Source of the DNA: an uncultured Acidimicrobiales bacterium
GTDB lineage: Bacteria > Actinomycetota > Acidimicrobiia > Acidimicrobiales > Aldehydirespiratoraceae
NCBI GenBank assembly: GCA_905480195.1
Contig: CAJQPN010000015.1
Coordinates: 32,785-96,784 of the forward strand
Direction: 5' to 3'
Length of the DNA: 64,000 nucleotides
Position numbers and translations under genes: made by a program. This document shows, one piece after another, positions 55,854-64,000 of the stretch; positions within the stretch are counted from its first letter, which is position 1; each line of letters begins with the position of its first letter. The notes beneath the pieces were generated by a model, which saw nothing but the letters and a program-made list of their open reading frames with translations, was not told the origin of the DNA and searched no databases.

Positions 55854-56855
55854 TCAATACCCAGTGATCCCGTGATACGGGCGACCTGCCGCCCGCGCCT
55901 CTTCATAGAGCGCCATGAACTCTGGACCGAAGGGATCCTCTCCTTGGAGTGGCATTGCGGCCCGCCGGATCGTCCAGTCAAAGGGTGCCAGTTCGCCGGC
56001 GATCGCGTAGTTGCGAGCAGCCCCCGGCTGGTCGTCACGGTGGCGGAGTTCGTTGGCGATCCGGAAGTGCAAACGGGCTCCCTCCTCGTCGGGGGTGAGA
56101 TCGCCGACCGACGCACGGATCTCGTCGTCGGTTAGTTCGGTCGTGTCATCACGGACCCAGGCCCGCACGCGGTCGTGCTGCTTGTCGGAGTCGATGCCCG
56201 TGAAGTCACGGAACGTGTCGGTGCCAAACGCGCTCCAGTTCGGGTGAACGATCCGGTCGTCCTCGTCGATCATCACGACAGTCGGGACGTTGGAGATTGC
56301 GTAGAGCTCGGTGAGGAGGTGGTCGGGATCCATCAAGACCGGGAAGGTGACACCCTTGGCAAAGCTGCGGATGGCATCGATGTTCTCATCGATTGCCACA
56401 GCGATCACCTCGAAGTCGGGGTGACCTGCAGTGTGGAGCTCAGTTCGCAGTGCCTGCCACCCGGGCAGATCGAATGCGCACCCTCACCAACTGGAAAAGG
56501 CGACGAGCAGCCGCTTCTTGCTGCGATGGTCGGATAACGCCGTGAGCCCGCCATCGAGATCGGGCAGCACGAAGTCAGGCGCAACGAGATCGACGAGTGC
56601 CGAACGCCGACGCCCTCGGTCAGCGCCGAGCGCTGCGAGACCCGATTCGGTATCGATGATGACCGGGCGGTCAAGGAGGTCGGCGAGCACAGCGAGGTCG
56701 ATCCCGGCATTGCCGACCAGGGCACTGCGGTCCGAGACCACCACGCAGGTTTCGCCTTGGCAGAGTCCCTCGGACTTGAGTTCCCACCCGAGGTCGGCAA
56801 GCTGCGTTTCGGTGATCGTTCCTATCGATTCGACGATCGCCGTGTCGTTTGCCAT
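55854..56855 (-). CDS. thioredoxin-fold (ResA/TlpA/AhpC-TSA-like) selenoprotein candidate, UGA 56486..56484 read as Sec
   Basis: Track ORFs 56484..57173 (C-terminal part) and 55854..56408 share one frame with no other stop between them. Joined, they read KKRLLVAFSSW-U-GCAFDLPGWQALRTELHTAGHPDFEVIAVAIDEN...ISNVPTVVMIDEDDRIV. UGA falls exactly where the redox Cys of the FWASWCxPC motif sits. ATG 56855 overlaps the MFS stop (TGATG). Confidence 0.65.
56446..56486 (-). promoter_or_regulatory. Sec UGA codon plus candidate SECIS hairpin of the redoxin gene
   Basis: mRNA: UGA GGGUG CGCA UUCGAU CUGCC CGGGU GGCAG GCAC UGCG. Upper stem CUGCC/GGCAG, loop CGGGU, lower stem CGCA/UGCG. The upper stem starts 15 nt after UGA. 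Confidence 0.4.
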
Positions 56856-58129
56856 CACGCAATCGTAGCCAGGTCGTCGTCGGGAGCCGGAGGAGCGGCG
56901 AGGATCCAGAAGACGACACCGAACGCTGCGGCGATACCCAAAATCGTAAAGCCGAGCTGGTAGTCGCCGGTTGAGTCGGCGAGCACACCGGCGAGAACCG
57001 GGCCGGCGATCGATCCCATCGTGACGATGATCTGCGACCAGCCCATGATCGACGCAAAGGCGGTGGAGCCGAAGTAATCGGCGCGGATCGCCTGCATCTG
57101 TGGCCCACGGACACCCCAGGCGATGCCGTGGAGCACCACGAACGCCCCCACTGCAGCAACATGATCGACCCACACCAGGATGATCAGTGCGGCGCCGTGC
57201 ATGAGCATCGCGACGCCCGCGATGAGCCGTTTGTTCATGCGGTCGCCGAGGATGCCGCCAAGACCGGTACCCACGATCTGGAAGAGTGGGACGATGCCGG
57301 CCACGAGGGCGGCGCGCCCCGCTGAGTAGCCGCGGTCTTCGGTCAGATACAGCGCCAGGTGGGCCATGCTTGACGACACCACGAGCAGGGCAGCACCGTG
57401 CCCGAGGGAGATCATCCAGAAGCCCCGAGTGCGCATCGCCTCACTGGCGGTGTAGTGACGGTCGGTGACGCCTTCGGCCTTGGGCGCCACGACGGCCTCG
57501 GCTGCCTGCAGGCCATCCATCGGTTCGCCGTAATCCGCTGGCGTACGGTTTGCGATTGCAGCCGCCCACCAAGCAGAACACGACAGCAGCGACCCGGCGA
57601 TGATGATGGTGGGCCGCCATCCGATGCGATCGAAGCCCAACACCAGGATCGGCGCGCAGAATCCACCGAAGGCGAATCCCATCGTAAGGATCGACATGGC
57701 CCGGGCCCGCCGGCGTTCGAACCAGCGGACCGTCGCCGACGTGATCGTGAGAAATCCGATGAGGCTCATCGCCAAGGCAAGGATCAGCATTGCGACAACG
57801 AACTCGGCTTGCGTGTCGGCCCAGGCGATGGCGAGAAAGCCAATCATCCCCATGACGGCACCCATCCGCATCACCTTCTTGATGCCTTGGGTCCCGATGG
57901 CTCGGCCCTGTATCGGTCCGAAGATCGCCGTCTCGGCTCGGGTGCCTGCATAGACGAACGACAGAAACGACTTCGACCAACCGAACTGATCGCGCAACTC
58001 CACGGCCATGTTTCCGTAGCCCTGCACCCAGATCATCGACTGCAGTGACCACACCACCGAATTGGCGCCGACGATTCTCCAGCCGGTGTAGACACGACGC
58101 TTCGGCTTGGTGTCGGTCAGGTCACTCAC
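56855..58129 (-). CDS. MFS transporter
   Basis: About 12 predicted hydrophobic segments and an MFS-like loop (GPIQGRAIGTQG; GGILGDRMNKR). Start provisionally placed at GTG 58129, just after the Rieske stop. Confidence 0.8.
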   Translation of the reverse strand: MSDLTDTKPKRRVYTGWRIVGANSVVWSLQSMIWVQGYGNMAVELRDQFGWSKSFLSFVYAGTRAETAIFGPIQGRAIGTQGIKKVMRMGAVMGMIGFLAIAWADTQAEFVVAMLILALAMSLIGFLTITSATVRWFERRRARAMSILTMGFAFGGFCAPILVLGFDRIGWRPTIIIAGSLLSCSAWWAAAIANRTPADYGEPMDGLQAAEAVVAPKAEGVTDRHYTASEAMRTRGFWMISLGHGAALLVVSSSMAHLALYLTEDRGYSAGRAALVAGIVPLFQIVGTGLGGILGDRMNKRLIAGVAMLMHGAALIILVWVDHVAAVGAFVVLHGIAWGVRGPQMQAIRADYFGSTAFASIMGWSQIIVTMGSIAGPVLAGVLADSTGDYQLGFTILGIAAAFGVVFWILAAPPAPDDDLATIA

Positions 58130-58139
58130 CGAGGCGACT

Positions 58140-59186
58140 CTACGGAGCCTGATCGAGATACCGGTGGAAGTCTCCGATCGTGCCCTCCCGGTCCTCGTCA
58201 GCGAGGGGACCGGCATAGGCCTGTGCACTCGGTGCACGAAGATTGCGTTGCAGGCGTTCGAGGACAGCCTGATCCTCGCCGTTGATTTCGCGCCAGAGAG
58301 CAATCGTGCCGTCGACGAGTTCGTCGGTGCACTCGCGAAAGGCTGACACGGTCCAACGGATCATGGTGCGATCGACTGCCAACGGCAAGACGAGGAAGGT
58401 GGCACAGAACGTGGCGTTCTGGCATGCGACCTGTGTCGGGAACCGCTGCCACAGAAACGAGCGGCCCCGCTGCTCATCGCTCAGCCCAGGCTCGCCTGGT
58501 GTGGTCGATCGCACACCTGGGGGAAAGGCAGAGTAGTAGCTCGTGAATTCGGGACTCGAAGGGCCTTTCGAGGCGAGCCGCGAGGGGGTGAGTGGGTGCA
58601 ACGTGTTCTGATGAACGACCGAGAGATGCGAGCCCTCCATGAAGTTCTCGACCATCGCCTTCCAGTTGCACGCCCAGATCTCGGTCTCGGCGTGGCGGAA
58701 ACGCATCGCCGCCGTGTTGAACGGTGCGAGCTCGTTGTCGAGTCCTGGAATGGACGGCAGCGGCGCGGGAGCGTCACAGACGGCGACGTGCAAGAAGCCG
58801 TGCTCATCAATCGTGAGCGGCCATGAGGGGAGCCGGCAACCGGTGATCGACTCTGGATCTGTGAAGGGTGCCACCCGCAGTTCCCCATCGGCTGCGTACG
58901 ACCAGGCGTGGTATGGGCATGTGAAGGTGCTCGACGAACCCGTTCCTTCGGCGACCGGCATGCCCCGATGGCGGCAGATGTTCGACAGGGCCCGTAGCTC
59001 GCCATCGTCGCCGCGAACCACCAGCACCGGTTCGTCGAGGATCGTCATGGTCAAGAAGTCGCCTGGCCCGGCAAGTTCATCAGCACGACCGATGCAGTGC
59101 CACGCCGGGCGCAGAATGGATGTGATCTCGGCGTCGAGACGCGCCGGATCGGTGTAGGCCTGAGCCGGAAGTGTCCTCGGCCCCAC
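58140..59186 (-). CDS. Rieske [2Fe-2S] non-heme iron oxygenase alpha subunit
   Basis: Rieske motif CRHRGMPVAEG...FTCPYHAWSY. The catalytic domain has an NWKAMVENFMEGSHLSVVH region. GTG 59186 lies 7 nt after the mmsA stop. Confidence 0.85.
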   Translation of the reverse strand: MGPRTLPAQAYTDPARLDAEITSILRPAWHCIGRADELAGPGDFLTMTILDEPVLVVRGDDGELRALSNICRHRGMPVAEGTGSSSTFTCPYHAWSYAADGELRVAPFTDPESITGCRLPSWPLTIDEHGFLHVAVCDAPAPLPSIPGLDNELAPFNTAAMRFRHAETEIWACNWKAMVENFMEGSHLSVVHQNTLHPLTPSRLASKGPSSPEFTSYYSAFPPGVRSTTPGEPGLSDEQRGRSFLWQRFPTQVACQNATFCATFLVLPLAVDRTMIRWTVSAFRECTDELVDGTIALWREINGEDQAVLERLQRNLRAPSAQAYAGPLADEDREGTIGDFHRYLDQAP

Positions 59187-59193
59187 GGCTTGC

Positions 59194-60690
59194 TCAGTCG
59201 TTGCGGGGGAACCCGAGGTCGACCGTCGAGGTCGAGGGGTCGGGCCAGCGGGTCGTGATGGCCTGGGGTTTGGTGTAGAACCGCACACCTTCGGGGCCGT
59301 ACATGGCGGTGTCGCTGAAGATCGAATCCTTCCACCCTCCGAAGGAGTGGTACGCAACCGGTACAGGGATGGGCACGTTGACTCCCACCATGCCTACCGG
59401 TGCCTCCTCGCAGAACTGGCGAGCCGCTCCGCCGTCGCGCGTGAAGATGGCTGTGCCGTTGCCGTACGGGTTGTCGTCGAGGAGTTTCATGGCGTCGTCG
59501 AACGTCGGCACGCGCACCACGCCGAGGAGGGGACCGAAAACCTCGTCTCGGTACACGCTCATGTCGGGCGTGACGTCGTCGAGCAGCGAACAACCGAGAA
59601 AGTACCCGTCGCCGTCGAACTGTGCGTCGCGGCCGTCGAGTACCACAGTCGCCCCGGCATCTGCTCCGGCAGCGACGTAGGCGGCGACGCGGTCGCGGGC
59701 TTCCCGGGTGACGAGCGGTCCCATCTCCGACGACGGATCCATGCCGTCACCGATGGTGAGCGTGCGTGTTCGTTCGGCGATCGCCTCTACCAACGGATCA
59801 GCGGCGTCACCGACCGCCACGACTACCGAGATCGCCATGCACCGTTCCCCGGCGGAGCCGAAGGCAGCTGACACCGCAGCATCGGCTGCGAGGCCGATAT
59901 CGGCATCGGGTAGCACCAGCATGTGGTTCTTGGCGCCGCCCAGCGCCTGGACCCGTTTGCCGTTCTCGCTCGCTGTGCGGTGGATGTACTGGGCGATCGG
60001 TGTCGACCCGACGAAGCTCACCGCCTTGATGTCGGGGTGATCGAGGATGCGATCGACCGCAGTCTTGTCGCCGTTGACCACGTTGAACACGCCATCGGGA
60101 AACCCTGCCTCGTGGATGAGTTCGGCGAGGAACAGTGCTGAGGTCGGGTCTTTTTCGCTCGGCTTGAGGATGAAGGTGTTCCCACACCCGAGTGCATTCG
60201 GGATCATCCAGAGCGGCACCATCGCCGGGAAGTTGAACGGCGTGATGCCGGCAACCACGCCAAGTGGGCGCCGAACTGTGGTGACGTCGACACCACTCGA
60301 GACCTGGTTCGAGTGCATGCCTTTGAGCATCTCGCCGATGTTGCACGCAAACTCGACGTTCTCGAGGCCGCGAGCGACCTCACCCATCGCGTCGCTGTGG
60401 ACCTTGCCGTGCTCGGCCGTGATCTTGGCGGCCAACTCGCTGGCGTGTCGATCGACGAGGTTGCGAAGGTTGAACATCGCCTTGGTGCGGGCGGCGATCG
60501 ACGAGTGGCGCCATTGCTGCCATGCCGCGTGCGCAGTGGCGACGGCGTGGTCGACCTCATCGACTGACGCCAGCGAAACTGCACCGGTCTGGACGCCGGT
60601 GGAGGGGTTGAAGACGGGTGCAGAGTCCCCTGATGTTCCTGGGACGCTTCGACCCCCGACGAAGTGTCCGAGTTCGATGATCTCGTGCAT
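59194..60690 (-). CDS. mmsA: CoA-acylating methylmalonate-semialdehyde dehydrogenase
   Basis: GITPFNFPAMVPLWMIPNALGCGNTFILKPSEKDP and the overall MmsA pattern. Confidence 0.9.
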   Translation of the reverse strand: MHEIIELGHFVGGRSVPGTSGDSAPVFNPSTGVQTGAVSLASVDEVDHAVATAHAAWQQWRHSSIAARTKAMFNLRNLVDRHASELAAKITAEHGKVHSDAMGEVARGLENVEFACNIGEMLKGMHSNQVSSGVDVTTVRRPLGVVAGITPFNFPAMVPLWMIPNALGCGNTFILKPSEKDPTSALFLAELIHEAGFPDGVFNVVNGDKTAVDRILDHPDIKAVSFVGSTPIAQYIHRTASENGKRVQALGGAKNHMLVLPDADIGLAADAAVSAAFGSAGERCMAISVVVAVGDAADPLVEAIAERTRTLTIGDGMDPSSEMGPLVTREARDRVAAYVAAGADAGATVVLDGRDAQFDGDGYFLGCSLLDDVTPDMSVYRDEVFGPLLGVVRVPTFDDAMKLLDDNPYGNGTAIFTRDGGAARQFCEEAPVGMVGVNVPIPVPVAYHSFGGWKDSIFSDTAMYGPEGVRFYTKPQAITTRWPDPSTSTVDLGFPRND

Positions 60691-60706
60691 GACGATTCTC
60701 CTCAGT

Positions 60707-62014
60707 TCAGCGGCTGGCGTTGATGTCGTCGATAGCGGCGAGCATTGCGTGGACGCCCTCGTTCATCTCAGCCTCGGTGACGTTGAGCATCGGGGCGATC
60801 CGAATCACGTTGCCATACAGGCCGCCCTTGCCGACGAGCAGTCCGTGGGCTCGGCAACGTTCGAGGAATGCACCTGCGGTGCCGGCATCGGCTTCGTTCG
60901 ATCCTTCATGGACGAACTCGATCGCCTGCATAAGGCCCTTGCCACGGAGTTCGGCCATCCATTCGTTGGCAGCGACCGCCGCTTCGAGACCAGTGGTGAG
61001 CTGTTGTCCGCGGGCCAAGGCGTTCGCCTGCATGCCTTCGTCCTCGAGCGCCTGGAGTGTCGCGTTCCCCGCTGCAGCCGAGAGTGGATTGCCACCGAAG
61101 GTCGAGAACGACGTGACCTTGATGGTGTCCATGATCTCTGCTCGAGCGACCACCCCCGCCAGCGCAGCACCGTTGCCGACGCCTTTGGCGAACGTGAGCA
61201 TGTCAGGGACCGTGTCGTGAGCTTCGTAGCCCCAAAAGTGCTCACCGGTGCGTCCCCATCCGGTCTGGACCTCGTCGGAGATCAGCAGAATCCCTCGGGC
61301 GTCGAGTTCCTTTCTGAACGCCCCGAAAAAGCCGTCGGGCGGCGTGGCGAAACCGCCGACACCTTGGATGGGTTCGGCGATCAGACATGCAATGTCGCCG
61401 GCCGACATCATGTCGAGCACTTGGGCGAGGTCGTCGACGCACGCTGCGGTGAACGCGTCATCGTCGAGATTGCGGAACGGGCTGCGCAGCCGGTAGCCGC
61501 CCTGGACGAAGTGAACGTCGAGACCCGAGATCGAGGTGGAGGACCACGAGCTGTGCGAAGTGATCGCCTGCGCAGTGAAGGAGCGGCCGTGGTAACTGTT
61601 TCGCATCGCCAGGACCTGGTTGCTTTTGCGGAAGCTGGTAGCGAGAAGCAGCGCCGTGTCGTTGGCCTCGGTGCCCGAAGAGGTGAAGAAAACCCGGGCG
61701 TCGGGAATTCCTGAAAGTCGGGTGATCCGCTCAGCAAGCTCGATCATTGGCTCGTTGAGGTAGAGCGTCGACGTGTGCATGACCTTCGATGCCTGCTCGG
61801 CAACCGCCGCGCGTACCTTCGGGTGGTTGTGCCCGATCATCGTGGTGAGCACGCCTCCGAAGAAGTCGAGGTAGCGGTCGCCTCCAGCCGAGAAGACGTA
61901 GCTGCCCTCACCGCGATCGATCGAGATCGGCTGTTCGAACATCGGCTTGACGAACGACGGGAGGACGGCCCGATATCGCTCGAGCAGTTGCGCATCGACA
62001 GAAGAGTTCTCCAT
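60707..62014 (-). CDS. class III (omega/beta-alanine-type) PLP aminotransferase
   Basis: SGTEANDTAL, DEVQTGWGRTG and TFAKGVGNG (Lys) blocks. ATG 62014. Confidence 0.9.
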   Translation of the reverse strand: MENSSVDAQLLERYRAVLPSFVKPMFEQPISIDRGEGSYVFSAGGDRYLDFFGGVLTTMIGHNHPKVRAAVAEQASKVMHTSTLYLNEPMIELAERITRLSGIPDARVFFTSSGTEANDTALLLATSFRKSNQVLAMRNSYHGRSFTAQAITSHSSWSSTSISGLDVHFVQGGYRLRSPFRNLDDDAFTAACVDDLAQVLDMMSAGDIACLIAEPIQGVGGFATPPDGFFGAFRKELDARGILLISDEVQTGWGRTGEHFWGYEAHDTVPDMLTFAKGVGNGAALAGVVARAEIMDTIKVTSFSTFGGNPLSAAAGNATLQALEDEGMQANALARGQQLTTGLEAAVAANEWMAELRGKGLMQAIEFVHEGSNEADAGTAGAFLERCRAHGLLVGKGGLYGNVIRIAPMLNVTEAEMNEGVHAMLAAIDDINASR

Positions 62015-62034
62015 CAGCGAATCATCTCCCGAAT

Positions 62035-62062
62035 TTTTGTTGCGCACAACCAAGGTTTTGTT
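62035..62062. promoter_or_regulatory. direct repeat TTTTGTT x2 spaced 21 bp apart; candidate MocR operator
   Basis: aaTTTTTGTTgcgcacaaccaaggTTTTGTTc, in the 59-bp divergent region between the aminotransferase and the MocR-type regulator. Confidence 0.35.
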
Positions 62063-62073
62063 CTATACAAAGA

Positions 62074-63432
62074 TTGGTGACCTTGAACGCCCACACGATC
62101 GCCTCCCGAATCGACGGTCGGACGGCTGCGGAGATCGCAACATCGATCGCTCAGGCGATCCGCGCCGGAGAATTCGCGGCAGGCAGCACGCTCCCGACGA
62201 TTCGCGGCCTCGCAAACGCCCTCCACACCAGCCCAAGCACCGTGTCCGACGCGTGGCGCACACTCCGCCACCACGGATTGATCGAAACCGATCGACGTCG
62301 AGGCACCACAGTGCGAGCCGACTGGCCGTTCGGCAGCGAGCGCTGGTGGCACGTCCCCGTCGCCTCGGGAACACTCGAACTCGACCTCAGTACCGGCACA
62401 CCCGATCCGACCCTGCTCCCCGACCTCGGTGCAGCGCTCGCCCGAGTCCGACTCGATCACCAGGTGACGAGTTATCTCGATCGGCCGTTGCTCCCTGCGC
62501 TCGAGGAAGAACTCCGGAGTCGCTGGCCCTTCGATGCGGCGGCGATCACGATGCTCGACGGCGCCCAGGACGCCCTCGACCGCATCATCACCCTCACGAT
62601 CGGGTTGGGTGACCGAGTCGTCGTCGAGACCCCGACCTTCCCCCCGCTGCTCGACATGCTCGAGTTGGCGGGGGCCGAGATCATCGGAGTCCCCGTCGAC
62701 GCCCAAGGCCTCGATCCTGATGGCCTCGCCGCCGCCTTGGCCGAGCCGATCCGGGCGATCTTTCTGCAACCCCGGGCCCACAATCCGACCGGTGCAGCGA
62801 TCACGACCGCCAGAGCCGCCACCATCGCCGAACTGCTTGAGCCGACCGCAACACTGATCGTCGAGGACGACCACTCCGGTGACGTCGCAGGTGTCCCGCT
62901 CGTGAGCCTCGGCCAATGGCTGCCGGATCGCACGATCCACATCCACAGTTTCTCGAAGAGCCACGGCCCTGATCTTCGCCTCGCAGCAGTCGGGGGTGCG
63001 GCCGGCCCGATCAGCGCCATCGTGCGACGCCGACAACTCGGACCGTCGTGGACCAGCCGCCTGCTCCAGCAGGTCCTCCTCGCCTTACTGACCGATCGGG
63101 ACGCTCAGGTGGCCGTGGCGACGGCGGCCGAGCTCTACCTCGAGCGCCGCCGAGCGCTCGGGGCTGCACTGGAGCAGCGTGGACTGAGAATCAACCCACT
63201 CGGGACCGGACTCAACCTCTGGGTTCCGGTTGCCGACGAGCAGTCCACCGTCGTCGCCCTTGCTGCGCTCGGAGTCGGCGTCGCACCGGGCAGGCCCTTC
63301 GAAGTCACACCGTCGGTCATCGGCCATGTCCGGGTAACCGTCTCGACCCTCGATGAGCCGACCCAACTCGCCGATGCGATCGTCGCTGCGGCAAGCACCG
63401 ATGCCGGGTATGCCTCCACGAGTGCTCGCTAG
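62074..63432 (+). CDS. MocR/GabR-type regulator (GntR HTH fused to an aminotransferase-like domain)
   Basis: N-terminal GntR wHTH (LPTIRGLANALHTSPSTVSDAWRTLRHHGLIE). Fold-type I aminotransferase domain with FSKSHGPDLR. Confidence 0.9.
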   Translation: MVTLNAHTIASRIDGRTAAEIATSIAQAIRAGEFAAGSTLPTIRGLANALHTSPSTVSDAWRTLRHHGLIETDRRRGTTVRADWPFGSERWWHVPVASGTLELDLSTGTPDPTLLPDLGAALARVRLDHQVTSYLDRPLLPALEEELRSRWPFDAAAITMLDGAQDALDRIITLTIGLGDRVVVETPTFPPLLDMLELAGAEIIGVPVDAQGLDPDGLAAALAEPIRAIFLQPRAHNPTGAAITTARAATIAELLEPTATLIVEDDHSGDVAGVPLVSLGQWLPDRTIHIHSFSKSHGPDLRLAAVGGAAGPISAIVRRRQLGPSWTSRLLQQVLLALLTDRDAQVAVATAAELYLERRRALGAALEQRGLRINPLGTGLNLWVPVADEQSTVVALAALGVGVAPGRPFEVTPSVIGHVRVTVSTLDEPTQLADAIVAAASTDAGYASTSAR

Positions 63433-63519
63433 CGGCGGTCGAGGAACGCAGCCATCTGCGACCGGGCGACCGAGGGGCTTGTCGTCACCGACCAGTCGGC
63501 CCGTTCCGCAACGTGCTCG

Positions 63520-64000
63520 CTACCAGCTTGCCGCGATGTACTGGGTCTCGCAGAATTCGAAGATCCCCTCGTGTGCGCCCTCACGACCCAAACCCGACTG
63601 TTTCATCCCGCCGAACGGTGCCGCCGGATCAGACATCGCACCGCGGTTGATCCCAACCATGCCGGCATGGATCCGCTCCCCCACACCCATGGCTCGGGCG
63701 ACATCACCGGAGTACACGTAGGCAGCAAGACCCATCTCGGTGTCATTCGCCCATTCGATCACCTGATCGGTGTCGGTGAACGGGATGACCGGAGCAACCG
63801 GACCGAAGATCTCCTCGCGGGTGATGGGCGAATCCATCGTGACATCGCCCAACACGGTTGGGGCATAGAAGAAACCCGGGCCGTCGATGGGGCCCCCACC
63901 GACGGCGGCGGTGGCGCCAGCAGCGAGGGCACCCTGGACCAGATCGTCGATCGTCTCGATCGCACCGGCGTTGATCATCGGGCCGCACGTGACGCCGTCG
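63520..64000 (-). CDS. aldehyde dehydrogenase, succinate-semialdehyde-dehydrogenase-like (C-terminal part; continues beyond the window)
   Basis: EEIFGPVAPVIPF and NRGAMSDPAAPFGGMKQSGLGREG are C-terminal ALDH blocks. The frame is open to the window edge. Confidence 0.85.
   Translation of the reverse strand, partial: DGVTCGPMINAGAIETIDDLVQGALAAGATAAVGGGPIDGPGFFYAPTVLGDVTMDSPITREEIFGPVAPVIPFTDTDQVIEWANDTEMGLAAYVYSGDVARAMGVGERIHAGMVGINRGAMSDPAAPFGGMKQSGLGREGAHEGIFEFCETQYIAASW

Noticed and set aside
1-64000. Mobile elements, prophage, CRISPR arrays, and rRNA or tRNA genes
   Set aside because: I saw no transposase- or integrase-like ORFs, no terminal inverted repeats flanking a block, no regularly spaced repeats and no tRNA-like cloverleaf candidates in the few non-coding gaps. 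A tRNAscan/Infernal pass would be the decisive check.

Overview
GC-rich, very gene-dense chromosomal segment with about 55 CDS on both strands and many 1-4 nt stop/start overlaps. It looks actinobacterial, which is an inference from F420-type LLM and DDN-family enzymes, a type-2 IleS, and many MarR/IclR/GntR/Lrp regulators. I saw no rRNA, tRNA, IS element, prophage or CRISPR array. All coordinates were derived by hand from the ORF track and the sequence, and start codons are the least certain part.

Modules, in order:
1. 1-10 kb: acyl-CoA metabolism. Three acyl-CoA dehydrogenases, a P450, a PaaI thioesterase, a MarR regulator, a B12-dependent acyl-CoA mutase with isobutyryl-CoA-mutase-type signature residues plus small subunit and MeaB, an SDR and a crotonase.
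2. 10-14.8 kb: NAD-linked formate dehydrogenase operon. It contains an in-frame UGA (selenocysteine), and its alpha subunit is split and encoded in permuted order.
3. proS and an IclR regulator.
4. 17.5-24.3 kb: homoprotocatechuate-like meta-cleavage cluster (LigAB-type dioxygenase, semialdehyde dehydrogenase, HpaR-like MarR, hydratase, P450, FAD oxidase).
5. Sulfatase, a half-size HPPD-like VOC protein with a divergent Lrp regulator, an LLM oxidoreductase and an ACAD.
6. 29.4-42 kb: folate/C1 oxidation supercluster (etfAB, DMGDH-like enzyme, GntR, fhs, metF-like, folC, serA, DUF1015, folD).
7. Nucleoside hydrolase, ileS, AIM24-like protein, SDR, crotonase, an unknown lipoprotein, a 2OG oxygenase, a DDN-family protein and a MarR regulator.
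8. Class Ia nrdAB behind a long structured leader.
9. 55.8-63.4 kb: minus-strand operon under a divergent MocR regulator (aminotransferase, mmsA, Rieske oxygenase, MFS, and a thioredoxin-fold gene interrupted by an in-frame UGA).
10. A partial aldehyde dehydrogenase at the window end.

Most notable observations:
- The split and permuted Sec-formate dehydrogenase.
- A second candidate selenoprotein, a ResA/TlpA-like redoxin with a W-U-G-C motif.
- A recurrent GTTCCAC-N3-GTGGAAC operator arranged as 35-bp four-half-site palindromes in front of fdh, fhs, folC/serA and the IclR gene. This suggests a formate/C1 regulon.
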